Below are positions 51,351-61,019 of a stretch of DNA of 64,000 nt, one piece after another. The translations under genes were made by a program, and so were the position numbers. How positions within the stretch are numbered: position 1 is the stretch's first letter; each line of letters starts with the position of its first letter. The notes under the pieces are model-generated. The model was not told the origin of the DNA. It did no database searches and saw only the letters and a list, made by a program, of their open reading frames with translations. Source of the DNA: an uncultured Methanomicrobiales archaeon (GTDB lineage Archaea; Halobacteriota; Methanomicrobia; Methanomicrobiales; Methanospirillaceae); assembly GCA_963697895.1 (NCBI GenBank), contig OY969100.1:544001-608000 (forward strand), given 5' to 3'.

Positions 51351-51659
51351 ATGGCATTTTTACGTGAGGGAGAGAAGGTCATCCTCCAGGACTCTGGGAA
51401 GTCAGACTTCTTTGGAAAAGGAACGCTTTATCTGACCAATGAACGGATCGTGTTCGAAGCGTTCGTAGGCGGCATATTTTCAAAGAGCTCGGAAGTAAAG
51501 ATCGATCAGGGAATGTCAACGATCAAGGCGGTCTCTGTTCCCGCCGGGAAAACGCTTCAGGTTCAATTCGAGGGAAACGTGGAACCGACGATTGTTTATG
51601 TGAGCAATCCGGAAAAATGGGAAGCTGCAATTAACAGTGCGCTGGCTGCACGCACGTAA
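51351..51659 (+). CDS. Small PH/GRAM-like domain protein
   Basis: LREGEKV and GTLYLTNERIVF, with C-terminal helix PEKWEAAI. Confidence 0.7.
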   Translation: MAFLREGEKVILQDSGKSDFFGKGTLYLTNERIVFEAFVGGIFSKSSEVKIDQGMSTIKAVSVPAGKTLQVQFEGNVEPTIVYVSNPEKWEAAINSALAART

Positions 51660-51789
51660 ATCCAGTGAGGATTACGGACGAGAACATCCGCATGAATCCG
51701 GTTTTCCTGGTTCACATCCGATTTTTTTATAATAAATACCTCAAAATGCAACATGGGGGAACGGGAAAGATCCTGCGGGTAAAATAGTA

Positions 51790-52614
51790 TCAGGGGATTA
51801 ATACCCCGTCGATGACCTGGATGTACCCGTTGCTTGCATTGATATCTGTCTGGACCACCGGTATCTCGTCGATCGTGATGACCCCGTTCAGATCATCGAC
51901 CGTGAGATCGATGCCCAGGAGCGTTTTTAAGCTTTTCACCTTAGTTATATCCGCCGCCGACAATTTTTCCGGTACCGTCTGATAGAGAAGTATATCCTTG
52001 AGCTGGCCCTCCGGGTCTTCAAGCAGCAGGTTCAGGCTTCCCGCAGGCAACGCTTTGAACGCGTCATTCGTGGGGGCGAAAAATGTATAGGGTCCCGGTC
52101 CGCTGAGGGTTCCGGTGAGGTTTGCCGCCCGAATCGCTGAAACGAGCGTAGCGAAACGACCATCAGCCGCGAGTGTATCGACGATATTTTTCTGCACGGG
52201 TGGGATAGGGGTTGTCGTCGAGGCGACCGGAGATGTCGTCGTTGTTATTGACACGGTGGGGGAGCTGACGGTCGTACCGGTCGCAGTCTGCGTCCGGGTG
52301 GTGACCGGGGTGGTCGTCGAAACCGGAGTACCCGTTGTTACGGTGGTTGTCCCGACCGGGGATGTCGTTACGGGGGTACCTGTTGTGGTATTGGGTATTA
52401 TTTCGGTCGGGGTACCTGTTGTTGTGTTTAGGGGAACTTCAGTCGGGGTACCTGTTCGTGCCTCGCTTCCCGTTACCGCTATGGTCCCGGTGACGCTCAC
52501 CATTCCCGGGGAACTTTCATTTGACGAGGGAGGCACCGTTTGCGTACAGCCGGCAGTGAGGAGGAAGAGCGCAAGAATTACCAGAATGATTGCCATGAAA
52601 GAGATACGATCCAT
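51790..52614 (-). CDS. Fasciclin (FAS1) domain lipoprotein with Thr-rich linker
   Basis: Lipobox TAGC, Thr/Pro-rich stalk, FAS1 H1 motif YTFFAPTNDAF and H2 motif ASNGYIQVIDGVL. Confidence 0.9.
   Translation of the reverse strand: MDRISFMAIILVILALFLLTAGCTQTVPPSSNESSPGMVSVTGTIAVTGSEARTGTPTEVPLNTTTGTPTEIIPNTTTGTPVTTSPVGTTTVTTGTPVSTTTPVTTRTQTATGTTVSSPTVSITTTTSPVASTTTPIPPVQKNIVDTLAADGRFATLVSAIRAANLTGTLSGPGPYTFFAPTNDAFKALPAGSLNLLLEDPEGQLKDILLYQTVPEKLSAADITKVKSLKTLLGIDLTVDDLNGVITIDEIPVVQTDINASNGYIQVIDGVLIP
52373..52456. repeat. 36-bp-period coding tandem repeat (12-aa TTTGTPTE unit)
   Basis: GGGGTACCTGTT occurs at 52373, 52409 and 52445, inside the fasciclin linker. Confidence 0.85.
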
Positions 52615-52904
52615 CAATTCACAACCCAGACATCTCTGAATTACTTCTTCAATTTTACTCCTTTTAACCATTTCTTTTCTTCACGGTCATCCGGATCGAA
52701 AATTCCCGGAACACCGGGTACCCGGAGTCAGGATGGAAGAATATCAATTCTCATCGGACCTACAGCAAATTCGTGGCATGAATTGAGCATTTTGCCGCGA
52801 TTACCGCTGATTTTCAACCATAACCGGTGTATCTTCTCGCGATTGTTGCCATCGTTCGTTTTATCTGAACGAATTGACCATGATATAACAGGAGAGGCAG
52901 CTCC

Positions 52905-53129
52905 ATGTGTATTGCAATTCCAGCCGAAGTCATCGAAAAGAAGGGAGAAAATATCGGGCTCGTTGACTATGGCGATCTCAGGCAGGAGATCCGTCTGGAT
53001 CTCGTGGATGTGGACGTCGGTGACTTTGTGCTGGTACATGTAGGGTTTGCGATCCAGAAACTGACCCGCGATGAAGCTCTGGAGACCCGGGAGATCTTCC
53101 GGCAGGTCTATGCCGCGATGGAAGAATAA
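52905..53129 (+). CDS. hypC: Hydrogenase maturation chaperone HypC
   Basis: N-terminal MCIAIPA and VGDFVLVHVGFAI motifs. Confidence 0.95.
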   Translation: MCIAIPAEVIEKKGENIGLVDYGDLRQEIRLDLVDVDVGDFVLVHVGFAIQKLTRDEALETREIFRQVYAAMEE

Positions 53130-53328
53130 TAGTTTCCGCCATTTTTTAACCCGGTAATATCTGCATTCTTTTCTTCAAATTCTGCCATGTGCGGGAAATC
53201 GGGGAGAAACCCGGGAAATTCATGATCACATCCCCCGATCTTCCCAAAATAATCCATCAGGGTATTCAATACGCTTATCTATCTGGAATATGAGATAATA
53301 TGAAAACATCCAAAATGAGGTATGTTAC

Positions 53329-53508
53329 ATGGATAAAACAGGTGCTGGAAGTTTAATTGCTGGAGTAATACTCATTCTGCTGGGAATCTGGGGAGTGATC
53401 GTCTTTCTGCCAATGGTAATCACATTTATAGAAGGGGTAATCGGGATCCTTGGCATACTGGTCGGGATCTTCCTGGTGATCTTCGGCGCGATCATGCTAA
53501 AAGAATAG
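53329..53508 (+). CDS. Small two-TM Gly-rich membrane protein (59 aa, absent from the ORF track)
   Basis: GAGGT SD; MDKTGAGSLIAGVILILLGIWGVIVFLPMVITFIEGVIGILGILVGIFLVIFGAIMLKE. Confidence 0.75.
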   Translation: MDKTGAGSLIAGVILILLGIWGVIVFLPMVITFIEGVIGILGILVGIFLVIFGAIMLKE

Positions 53509-53521
53509 GGACGCCTCTGCT

Positions 53522-54760
53522 GTGGAATCGTATCAGGTCCTGATCATCGGAGCAGGACCTGCGGGGCTCTCCTGCGCCATTCATGCAGCGGGAGAGGACA
53601 CAAGCGTAGTGATCCTCGAAAAGAACCCCTCTCCGGGAAGAAAACTCCTGATCACTGGTTCCGGCCAGTGTAATATCACCCACGAGGGTGATGTAACTGA
53701 TTTTTCACTGCATTATGGTGACCATGGTCCGTTTTTACGTCCGGCACTGCGAAATTTTACCAACCGCGATCTAATCCGGTTTTTCGAGGGAAACGGGTGC
53801 CCGATGACCACGGAGGAGAACGGGAAAATATTTCCTGCTTCGAAAAAGGCGTCAGATATCCTTGAAATTCTGTTAAAAGAATGCAGGCTGAGATCTGTTG
53901 AGATACGGTGCAATGAAGCAGTGACCGGTGTGCAGAGAGAAAATGGCAGATTCAGGGTGGAGTCCCGGAAGTCAGTTTATTCTGTAGAAAAACTGGTTAT
54001 CGCAACCGGGGGCGCTTCTTATCCCGCAACGGGTTCATCCGGCGATGGGTATATTCTGGCAACAGGACTCGGGCAGCCGGTCACGGAGATTTCACCTGCC
54101 CTTTCTCCGGTATATATTACGGATTATCCTTTTACGGACCTGGCAGGAATATCCTTTGACGATCTCCCGATATCGCTTTTCCGGAACAGGAAAAGAATCC
54201 GCCAGGAGAAAGGCGACATTGTCTGCACTCATCACGGATTTTCAGGACCGGGAATCCTCGACCTCTCGAGATACATCAGACCCGGCGATGAACTGATGAT
54301 CGGATTCATTCCGGGGATAAGTCGGGAAGCAGTCACGGGCAGCCTGATCAGAAGCATCGAATCCCGGGGGAACCGGAAAGTGAAAACGATCCTGCAGGAG
54401 TTTTCCCTCCCCGAACGATTTATCCGGAGACTCCTGGAACTTGTCAGAGTCCCCGATGACCTTCCGGGCGCGCAACTCACCCGCAGTTCAAGAAATTTGA
54501 TTATCGGGGCACTCACCGGTTTTCCCTTCACCGTGGGGCGGCTGGGCGGTTTCGATGAGGCGATGGTCACCCGGGGTGGGATCGCCCTCCCGGAGATCGA
54601 CCCAAAAACCATGGAATCGCTCTCCATCCCCCATCTCTACTGTATTGGGGAAGTCCTCGATATCGATGGCGATACGGGAGGATATAATCTCCAGGCAGCC
54701 ATCTCCACGGGGGCGCTTGCTGCCCGGCATATCGACGCATCGACTACGGAAAAAGCATGA
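53522..54760 (+). CDS. HI0933/YhiN (BaiN-like) flavoprotein
   Basis: GAGPAG, GRKLLITGSGQCNIT, ATGGASYPATGSSGDG and GEVLDIDGDTGGYNLQ motifs. Confidence 0.92.
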   Translation: MESYQVLIIGAGPAGLSCAIHAAGEDTSVVILEKNPSPGRKLLITGSGQCNITHEGDVTDFSLHYGDHGPFLRPALRNFTNRDLIRFFEGNGCPMTTEENGKIFPASKKASDILEILLKECRLRSVEIRCNEAVTGVQRENGRFRVESRKSVYSVEKLVIATGGASYPATGSSGDGYILATGLGQPVTEISPALSPVYITDYPFTDLAGISFDDLPISLFRNRKRIRQEKGDIVCTHHGFSGPGILDLSRYIRPGDELMIGFIPGISREAVTGSLIRSIESRGNRKVKTILQEFSLPERFIRRLLELVRVPDDLPGAQLTRSSRNLIIGALTGFPFTVGRLGGFDEAMVTRGGIALPEIDPKTMESLSIPHLYCIGEVLDIDGDTGGYNLQAAISTGALAARHIDASTTEKA

Positions 54761-54953
54761 AGTGCTCAGGGGTCCTCATTTTTTCCAAAATCCACAGTGA
54801 GGGGCATGAATCTTCCTAAACTGAGCAGGATCAGACGAGCACCCGGGAAACAAAAAGTCAGGTTAATAATTCTGTCAATCCTGAGTTCAGAATTTTTACC
54901 GGGAAATCTCCCTTCGATAGCATTTTCATTCCTCTCGTCCCATTTATGTATCT

Positions 54954-55592
54954 ATGAAGGCCACGAGGATCGTTCTCCCGGTGCTCTCTGTTTGTCTCCT
55001 GATCGGGTTTGCATGTATAGCCGGATGCATCTCGAACGCCCCCGAAAATCAGACCGTACCCACGTCCGTCCCGGGTGCTGCAATACTTCCCGAACAGTTT
55101 GTGCCGCCCACAATTGAGGGGTTTCAGACAGAAATGAAGGGGAATGGATCCATCATCCAGGGAGATTCCGGGTACTTGATCTGGATGATGGAAGGAGAAC
55201 TCCCGTCGAATCTTCCGGCACTCGGACCGGGATTTTTCGGGCTGTATATCCCCGGCAACGAGTCGGTATTCGATAATGCCCAGTATAAACTCGATTCGAT
55301 GGATATCCTTGCATTTTCCATCTCAAATGAGTCAGACGCGATGAAAGTATATACTCTATATACCCGTAACGCATCAGCGATCCAGATAGAAGGATTTGAC
55401 GGAGCGATCTCGCAGGAAGATGGATTATCGAGGATCATTTTCAGGACAGACAAGGTTATGGTGTTAACCGAGGCACGGGGATCTCTACAGGTTCCTCCGG
55501 ACACCCCGGAATTAAACAAGAGCGGAATTAAAAACGCATCCATCTTCGGGGCGGAGAATGCGATACGGTATTACCAGGCAAACAAAAGATAA
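54954..55592 (+). CDS. Hypothetical lipoprotein
   Basis: Signal peptide with IAGC lipobox; several N-x-S/T sequons. Confidence 0.75.
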   Translation: MKATRIVLPVLSVCLLIGFACIAGCISNAPENQTVPTSVPGAAILPEQFVPPTIEGFQTEMKGNGSIIQGDSGYLIWMMEGELPSNLPALGPGFFGLYIPGNESVFDNAQYKLDSMDILAFSISNESDAMKVYTLYTRNASAIQIEGFDGAISQEDGLSRIIFRTDKVMVLTEARGSLQVPPDTPELNKSGIKNASIFGAENAIRYYQANKR

Positions 55593-56210
55593 ATTCATAC
55601 TATTCCTGAAGGGGACGATCCCCGGGAAAGCCGGGACCCCCTCTTTCCCGGATGAATCCTCCGATAACCCCCCGGGACCGTTTTCCCGGATATCCTGCTT
55701 TGAATACGCAAATCCACGGGAAATGAACGTCCACCTTCTCCGGTCACATCCGCGGGCGACGATCCGGATGCCGAACAGGTCAGGAAAATTGCAAGGACAT
55801 ATGGCCAGAAATTAAGCGGTTCCCGGATCAGCCCGATTCCGATCAGAATCATGAACATTCCGATGAGAATGGAAATCCAGCATGATCCGCCGCGGTCCGC
55901 GAAGATGTAGCGGTATCCGTTGATACGCGCCCATCGGGTTTTTCGAACGCAGAAGCCGGGATCTTGAAACCGGCACTGATGAGGATCCCCCCATCCTCGA
56001 TAGCCGACGAGCAGCCCTTCTCCCAATCCGATCAGGATCCCGGGCCGGGATAAGGAAATATCTTCCTTTTCGTCTCCTCTGTTCCGGTTCCCGTATCAAC
56101 CCTCGGAACCTCAATTCGTTCTTCATCGAGCAATACCCATAACGAGGTTTTGACATTCCTGTGCGGTATCCTGATAAGACATCAGACCCGGTACCTATAG
56201 AGAGAAGAGT

Positions 56211-56984
56211 ATGGGAAGAGATACATTCGCTGTTCTCCGGCAGAATATTGATCGTCACCCTGTCAGGAGCGCAATATTATTCTGGGGACTACTGCTTCTC
56301 CTCAACATCCTTGCAGGTTTCGTCGCATTTATCCGCCAGCTGACACCGCTGCAACTGGTCACGTTTGCGGATATCATGGTCGGTATTGCCGGGATATTTC
56401 TTATTGCCGGTCTTTTGTGGTGGAAGCGTGCAGGGTTTACCACCTTTGGCAGGCGCTGGGATTTCGTCCTTTACCTGCTGCCGATCGGGATCGCGTTCCT
56501 CTCCCTGACGGAAGGAAGTGCAACCGCAGAGGTCTCGGTCATCCTGACCTTCGCCCTCTTCGCGCTGGTGGTTGGATTTGCAGAGGAGACATTTTTCCGC
56601 GGCCTGATCCTGCAATCATTACGACCTGTGGGGGTTTTTGGCGCGGTCCTCGGCTCTGCCGTCCTGTTCGGGCTCCCCCACCTGCTCAATGCAGTCGGCG
56701 GGATATGGGATCCCGTGTTCACGATCGCAGACACATTTGCGGCTTTTGGAATCGGGGTGACATTCGCCGCACTTGTCATTCGTACCGGTACCATATGGCC
56801 CGTCATCCTCATCCATGCGCTTATCGATTTCACCGCGCTGATCGCCCAGGGCACTCTGGTTGTTCAGGCCCAGTCGTTCGGCGAAATCATGGTGACCGTG
56901 GGAGTAGGGGTGGCCATGACCATATATGGGCTGTACCTCGTACGCGATCAAAAGACCGACAGGGTCGATCTTGCAGCCTCCTGA
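56211..56984 (+). CDS. CPBP (CAAX/Abi) intramembrane metalloprotease
   Basis: EETFFRG, FGLPH and HALID motifs; multiple TM helices. Confidence 0.92.
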   Translation: MGRDTFAVLRQNIDRHPVRSAILFWGLLLLLNILAGFVAFIRQLTPLQLVTFADIMVGIAGIFLIAGLLWWKRAGFTTFGRRWDFVLYLLPIGIAFLSLTEGSATAEVSVILTFALFALVVGFAEETFFRGLILQSLRPVGVFGAVLGSAVLFGLPHLLNAVGGIWDPVFTIADTFAAFGIGVTFAALVIRTGTIWPVILIHALIDFTALIAQGTLVVQAQSFGEIMVTVGVGVAMTIYGLYLVRDQKTDRVDLAAS

Positions 56985-57187
56985 TCGACGGGTCCCGGTA
57001 CCGAATGGCGGTTTAACCAGACTCATCAGAAGGCAGGATGCCTATTTCTGAACCTGGAAATCTCTTAAAAAGGTTATCCGGGTCATAGCGTTCGCTCTCA
57101 GGTATAAAACACGAAAGACTAGTGCATTCAATGCAGATACAACGAGAGACTGGCTACGGAAATTCAAAGAAAAAAGGAAAAAGGTAT

Positions 57188-57355
57188 CTAATACCGGGGG
57201 CGCCTGTACTTGGGCAGGCACTCCTGACAATAAACCGGTCTTCCTTCCGTCGGCTTGAACGGTACTTCACATTCTTTTCCACAGTCTGAACAGACTACCT
57301 TCGTCATCTCGCGTGGACCGAAGTTTCTCGGGGTGCTATAATTTGATTTATACAT
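57188..57355 (-). CDS. CxxC-x17-CxxC zinc-finger protein (55 aa; the track shows only a wrong-frame ORF)
   Basis: MYKSNYSTPRNFGPREMTKVVCSDCGKECEVPFKPTEGRPVYCQECLPKYRRPRY. Confidence 0.92.
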   Translation of the reverse strand: MYKSNYSTPRNFGPREMTKVVCSDCGKECEVPFKPTEGRPVYCQECLPKYRRPRY

Positions 57356-57944
57356 TATGTTGTCTCAAACAGTTATCAAAACTGTATTATAATAAAGAAC
57401 AGCCGTGCTTAAGAAGCTCTGGGTGGCTGCACTAATTTTGTTGCGAAGATGATCGATTCAACCGGGGCCCGTCGCGAGTCTTCACCGGAAAGAAAGGGAC
57501 AGATAAACATCTCCAGAGGGATATCCCGCCCATCCCCTAATCGCCCTTAAAAGAGCAGAATGAACGAATGTATACCTGTTCTTCAGTGAATTTTTTAAAT
57601 CTTAAAAAAACGCATCGTTGCCTATCCGGTATTTTGTCCGTCCGAACCAGCACATCCGGGTGGAATATCAGCCCGGCAACGCGCGAGATGAAAAGGGTGC
57701 AAAAGAATTCCATCTTGATACCGGGGAATCAACGTATTCGGATATATTTACGTATTTATGGGAAAAGAAGGGAGTATTCTTCAATCAGAAGAGCCCGGAT
57801 ACCTGGCCGAGAACGATCCGGACCGATCGCCCCCCTTGTGGTACCCGCGGTCTGATTTTATTCCAGGGGAGATACGCGGGGATACAGATTACTATCATGA
57901 GCTACTCTATCAGGTAACAAACCTATTGATATAGGGGACTATAC

Positions 57945-58070
57945 ATGATTGCAAAAGAACCACGAGATCCACGAAGCGCCTGGCAGCAAGACTATAATAA
58001 ATGGTGGAATGAGAAAATGGGGACGCGTGTGGAAGAAAAAAAGCAGGAAAACACCCAGTCGGACGAATGA
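57945..58070 (+). CDS. Putative 41-aa Trp-rich small protein
   Basis: GGGGA SD-like sequence upstream; MIAKEPRDPRSAWQQDYNKWWNEKMGTRVEEKKQENTQSDE. Confidence 0.45.
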   Translation: MIAKEPRDPRSAWQQDYNKWWNEKMGTRVEEKKQENTQSDE

Positions 58071-58477
58071 ACGCTGCTCATCTGCAATAGATGAGACAAA
58101 AAATCATCTCATCCCTTCATATCTTCATCGCACAATTCTGTTCCTGTTTCCTTTAATCTTCAAGATATTTACCCGCTACCGGTATCGGTTTTTCGCTATA
58201 TGTCCTGTTTCGTATATCTTTTCAGGGCTATGCTCCCCGATTATCCCCCTGGAATGGCCATGTCAAGTGCACCGATCTCTTTCGCGTTCTCTTAAGAATA
58301 CGTGCGACGATTGTTTTCAGGAACAAACGTGTCCGGGGTATCCCGATCACCGGTCGATCCCGGAAAGAAAAGCCGATGTACCCGGCGATGTTTTACTCTA
58401 TCGGGTTAGCCCAATATTGGTTACATTCCTCCCGGCCCGGTTTACTCTCGTAATCGATGGACCTATGCTCCTCGGAT

Positions 58478-59635
58478 CTACTGTAGCATAATCCTGCGCA
58501 TTAAAGACAGTATTCCGGGCCGGGTGCTCCCCGCCCGGTGAGATCGAAGAGGGGGCCCTTCAATAAACGGTGATTCCATCATTTCCGTGTTCAACCGGTT
58601 CGTTATCTCGTCAAATATTTTCCGATACGCAATACAATGAGGGTCGACACCGGTAATTTCCCCGCCCGTCCGGGCGATGGCGTTATAGGGGCATCCTCCA
58701 CGGCAGTATCTGATGTGGCTGCACTCCCCGCATGCCGTGTCGACGTATTCTTTATATTGCTGCATCCGTATCGCCGGGGGAGAACAGGCGAGTTCTTCCT
58801 TTGTGGGATGGTCATACACATTCCCCATGACATAATCCGGCATTCCGATGAACCGGTAACAGGGGTATATGTTCCCGTCCGGTCCCACGGCAAACGTATT
58901 CCCCATACAATCCACGAAGGTGCAGACGGTACCCCGGCGCGTAAACACGCACCTGCAGACGTCATTGATATTCATTATCTCTATCTCGCCCATATGATCC
59001 AGATACTTGTCCAGGAGGAAGATCAACAGGTCTCCGTAGGTTTCCGGGTCAAGTGCCCATTTCTCAGGCCTGTTATCCCGTAAAGAGGGTAATGCAGGGT
59101 GTAACTTGAGAGGAAGCCCATTTTTCAGGAAAAATTGGAAGATATCTTCCCGGTGCTGAACGGATGCGCCCGTGAAGGTGCAGATGAACCTGACCGAAAG
59201 ACCGTGGTCCCGGGCAATTTCGTACCCCCGCAGGGTCTTGTCGTAATATCCCCTCCCCCGTTGCATATCATTCACCTCACGGGGGCCATCGAGACTGGTC
59301 CCGATGGGCACATTATACTCTGCCAGGACCCGGGCAATTTCCGGGGTAAGCAGCCAGAGATTGGTTTGCATTGCAAATTCCGGTCTCAGATGGCTTAAAC
59401 CTTCGGACAGTAACGGCAAGACCTTTCGATAGAAATCCGCGCCGGCGAGGAGCGGCTCCCCTCCATGAAACGTAAAGGTGACCCGATCATTCCTGAAGTT
59501 GTTAAGCCATTCAACCACTTCATTAACGGTGGAAACGCTCATGATCGGAGATCCCTCAGCAGAACTCCAGCAATAGCTGCAGCGGGAAGGACATCCTAAT
59601 GTCGGGATGAGCATAATATGAAAGGCATTTTTCAT
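58478..59635 (-). CDS. Radical SAM/SPASM putative peptide maturase (TIGR04083, Mhun_1560-like)
   Basis: PTLGCPSRCSYC, FHGGEPLL, QTN and SLDGP motifs; SPASM cysteines CTFVDC...YPCY...CGECSHIRYCRGGCPY...C. Confidence 0.88.
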   Translation of the reverse strand: MKNAFHIMLIPTLGCPSRCSYCWSSAEGSPIMSVSTVNEVVEWLNNFRNDRVTFTFHGGEPLLAGADFYRKVLPLLSEGLSHLRPEFAMQTNLWLLTPEIARVLAEYNVPIGTSLDGPREVNDMQRGRGYYDKTLRGYEIARDHGLSVRFICTFTGASVQHREDIFQFFLKNGLPLKLHPALPSLRDNRPEKWALDPETYGDLLIFLLDKYLDHMGEIEIMNINDVCRCVFTRRGTVCTFVDCMGNTFAVGPDGNIYPCYRFIGMPDYVMGNVYDHPTKEELACSPPAIRMQQYKEYVDTACGECSHIRYCRGGCPYNAIARTGGEITGVDPHCIAYRKIFDEITNRLNTEMMESPFIEGPPLRSHRAGSTRPGILSLMRRIMLQ

Positions 59636-59688
59636 ATTACAGATTTTTTCCTTTTTGAGACAATTATAGTTACTCTTTATCCCATCTC

Positions 59689-59817
59689 CTATCTCCTGCA
59701 AATAATAAATCCGTCTTCTGCGAAGATCTCCTCTGAAAACTCTTGTATTACAATAGATGCCGATTCCCGGTATTCCGTGCGACGAACCTCTCCGCTTCCG
59801 GGGATGGATAGGAACAT
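59689..59817 (-). CDS. Candidate 42-aa precursor peptide upstream of the rSAM gene
   Basis: MFLSIPGSGEVRRTEYRESASIVIQEFSEEIFAEDGFIICRR; TAATG-coupled to a 23-aa ORF (59817-59888) that has a GAGGT SD. Confidence 0.3.
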   Translation of the reverse strand: MFLSIPGSGEVRRTEYRESASIVIQEFSEEIFAEDGFIICRR

Positions 59818-60025
59818 TAAGGGAATTGTCCGGTACCGGGCACAGGAAGAACAGCTTGGGGTGAATGGCTGTGCTTTTTCGGTAGCATTATACCTCTGAA
59901 AGCGTATCCCAGTCCAGGACTTATCCCGGTTGGGGCTGAACCAACGGTGATTCTATGCGTTTCGGATCGATTATCCCGTGATAGAAACTGACGGGATACC
60001 CCCGCAGTTGCGGTACCTGGTGAAT

Positions 60026-60826
60026 CTATTTTATCGGTACATGATTTCTTCGTTCTTTTAATTCAGCGGACCGGTAATCCCATCCGGTCTCGTCAAGTTT
60101 TTTCATTACATCCACGATCGCATCTATGAGTATTTTTTTCATCTCGAGACCTTTTTTTCGCGACGCTTTTGTCGGATCCCCCGTTGCGCCGGTTGTAGTG
60201 AGTTCGGAAAATTTCCACTTCACATCGACTAACGATGGAAGATCCGGTACCATGCCTCGCGCATTCTCAGGTTCGCACAGTTCAGGAAATAAGGCCAGCG
60301 CTATCGACATCTCGCCTTCACCACCGTGACCAAGCCCTCGATATACCTCGAAAAAGTCCTTAGGGAGGAGGGATCCGAGAATGTTCCACCAGGCATCGAG
60401 CGAGATTATCATCATCTCAGGGTGCGCCATCTTCACCGAACGCGTTGCAATCTCGATCGAGGGGATGTTTCCATCATGCCCGTTCAGGATGAGTACTTTC
60501 CGTATCCCCTCCCGGAAAAGGGACTCGAGGATGTCACGAATGATGGCAGTCTCTGTTTCGGGCTGAAGAGAAACGGAGAATGGAAATTCCCGGTAATATT
60601 CGCTCATCCCATAATTAACCGGCGGGAGTATTGCAGTCTTCGGAAAATGTTTGGCGATCTCCCGGGCAAGGAGGTATGCGGTGAGCGCATCGGTCCCAAA
60701 GGGAAGATGTCCACCATGGCTCTCCAGCGATCCGAGGGGCAGGATAACTTTTTCAAACGGGTCGTCCCTGTAGTCTTCGGCGGTGAGATGTTGTATCTCC
60801 TGTGGATCCTTCTTCATAAAAGGCAT
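60026..60826 (-). CDS. Creatininase-family amidohydrolase (MftE/ArfB superfamily)
   Basis: LPLGSLESHGGHLPFGTD, NGHDGN, GHGGEGE and GATGDPTKAS motifs. Confidence 0.92.
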   Translation of the reverse strand: MPFMKKDPQEIQHLTAEDYRDDPFEKVILPLGSLESHGGHLPFGTDALTAYLLAREIAKHFPKTAILPPVNYGMSEYYREFPFSVSLQPETETAIIRDILESLFREGIRKVLILNGHDGNIPSIEIATRSVKMAHPEMMIISLDAWWNILGSLLPKDFFEVYRGLGHGGEGEMSIALALFPELCEPENARGMVPDLPSLVDVKWKFSELTTTGATGDPTKASRKKGLEMKKILIDAIVDVMKKLDETGWDYRSAELKERRNHVPIK

Positions 60827-61019
60827 GATCTCATGTTACGCAGGACAATTTTATACCTTTACGCATAGCGGGCCGCGTTTTCTCCCCTTTTAAGTTCACG
60901 CCTCCACTCTCCTGAGCATTGCCCTCCTTTATCCTCTCATTTTCCCCGGAAGATTGTCACATACGTTAAAAGGGAAGAACAGAGGCGGGCGAATATTATA
61001 CGAGGATCGAGATCCGCTC

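Noticed and set aside
52373-52456. Regularly spaced repeats resembling a mini-CRISPR
   Set aside because: The 12-bp core with a 36-bp period is in frame within the Thr-rich fasciclin linker, the spacers are related to each other, and there are no cas genes.
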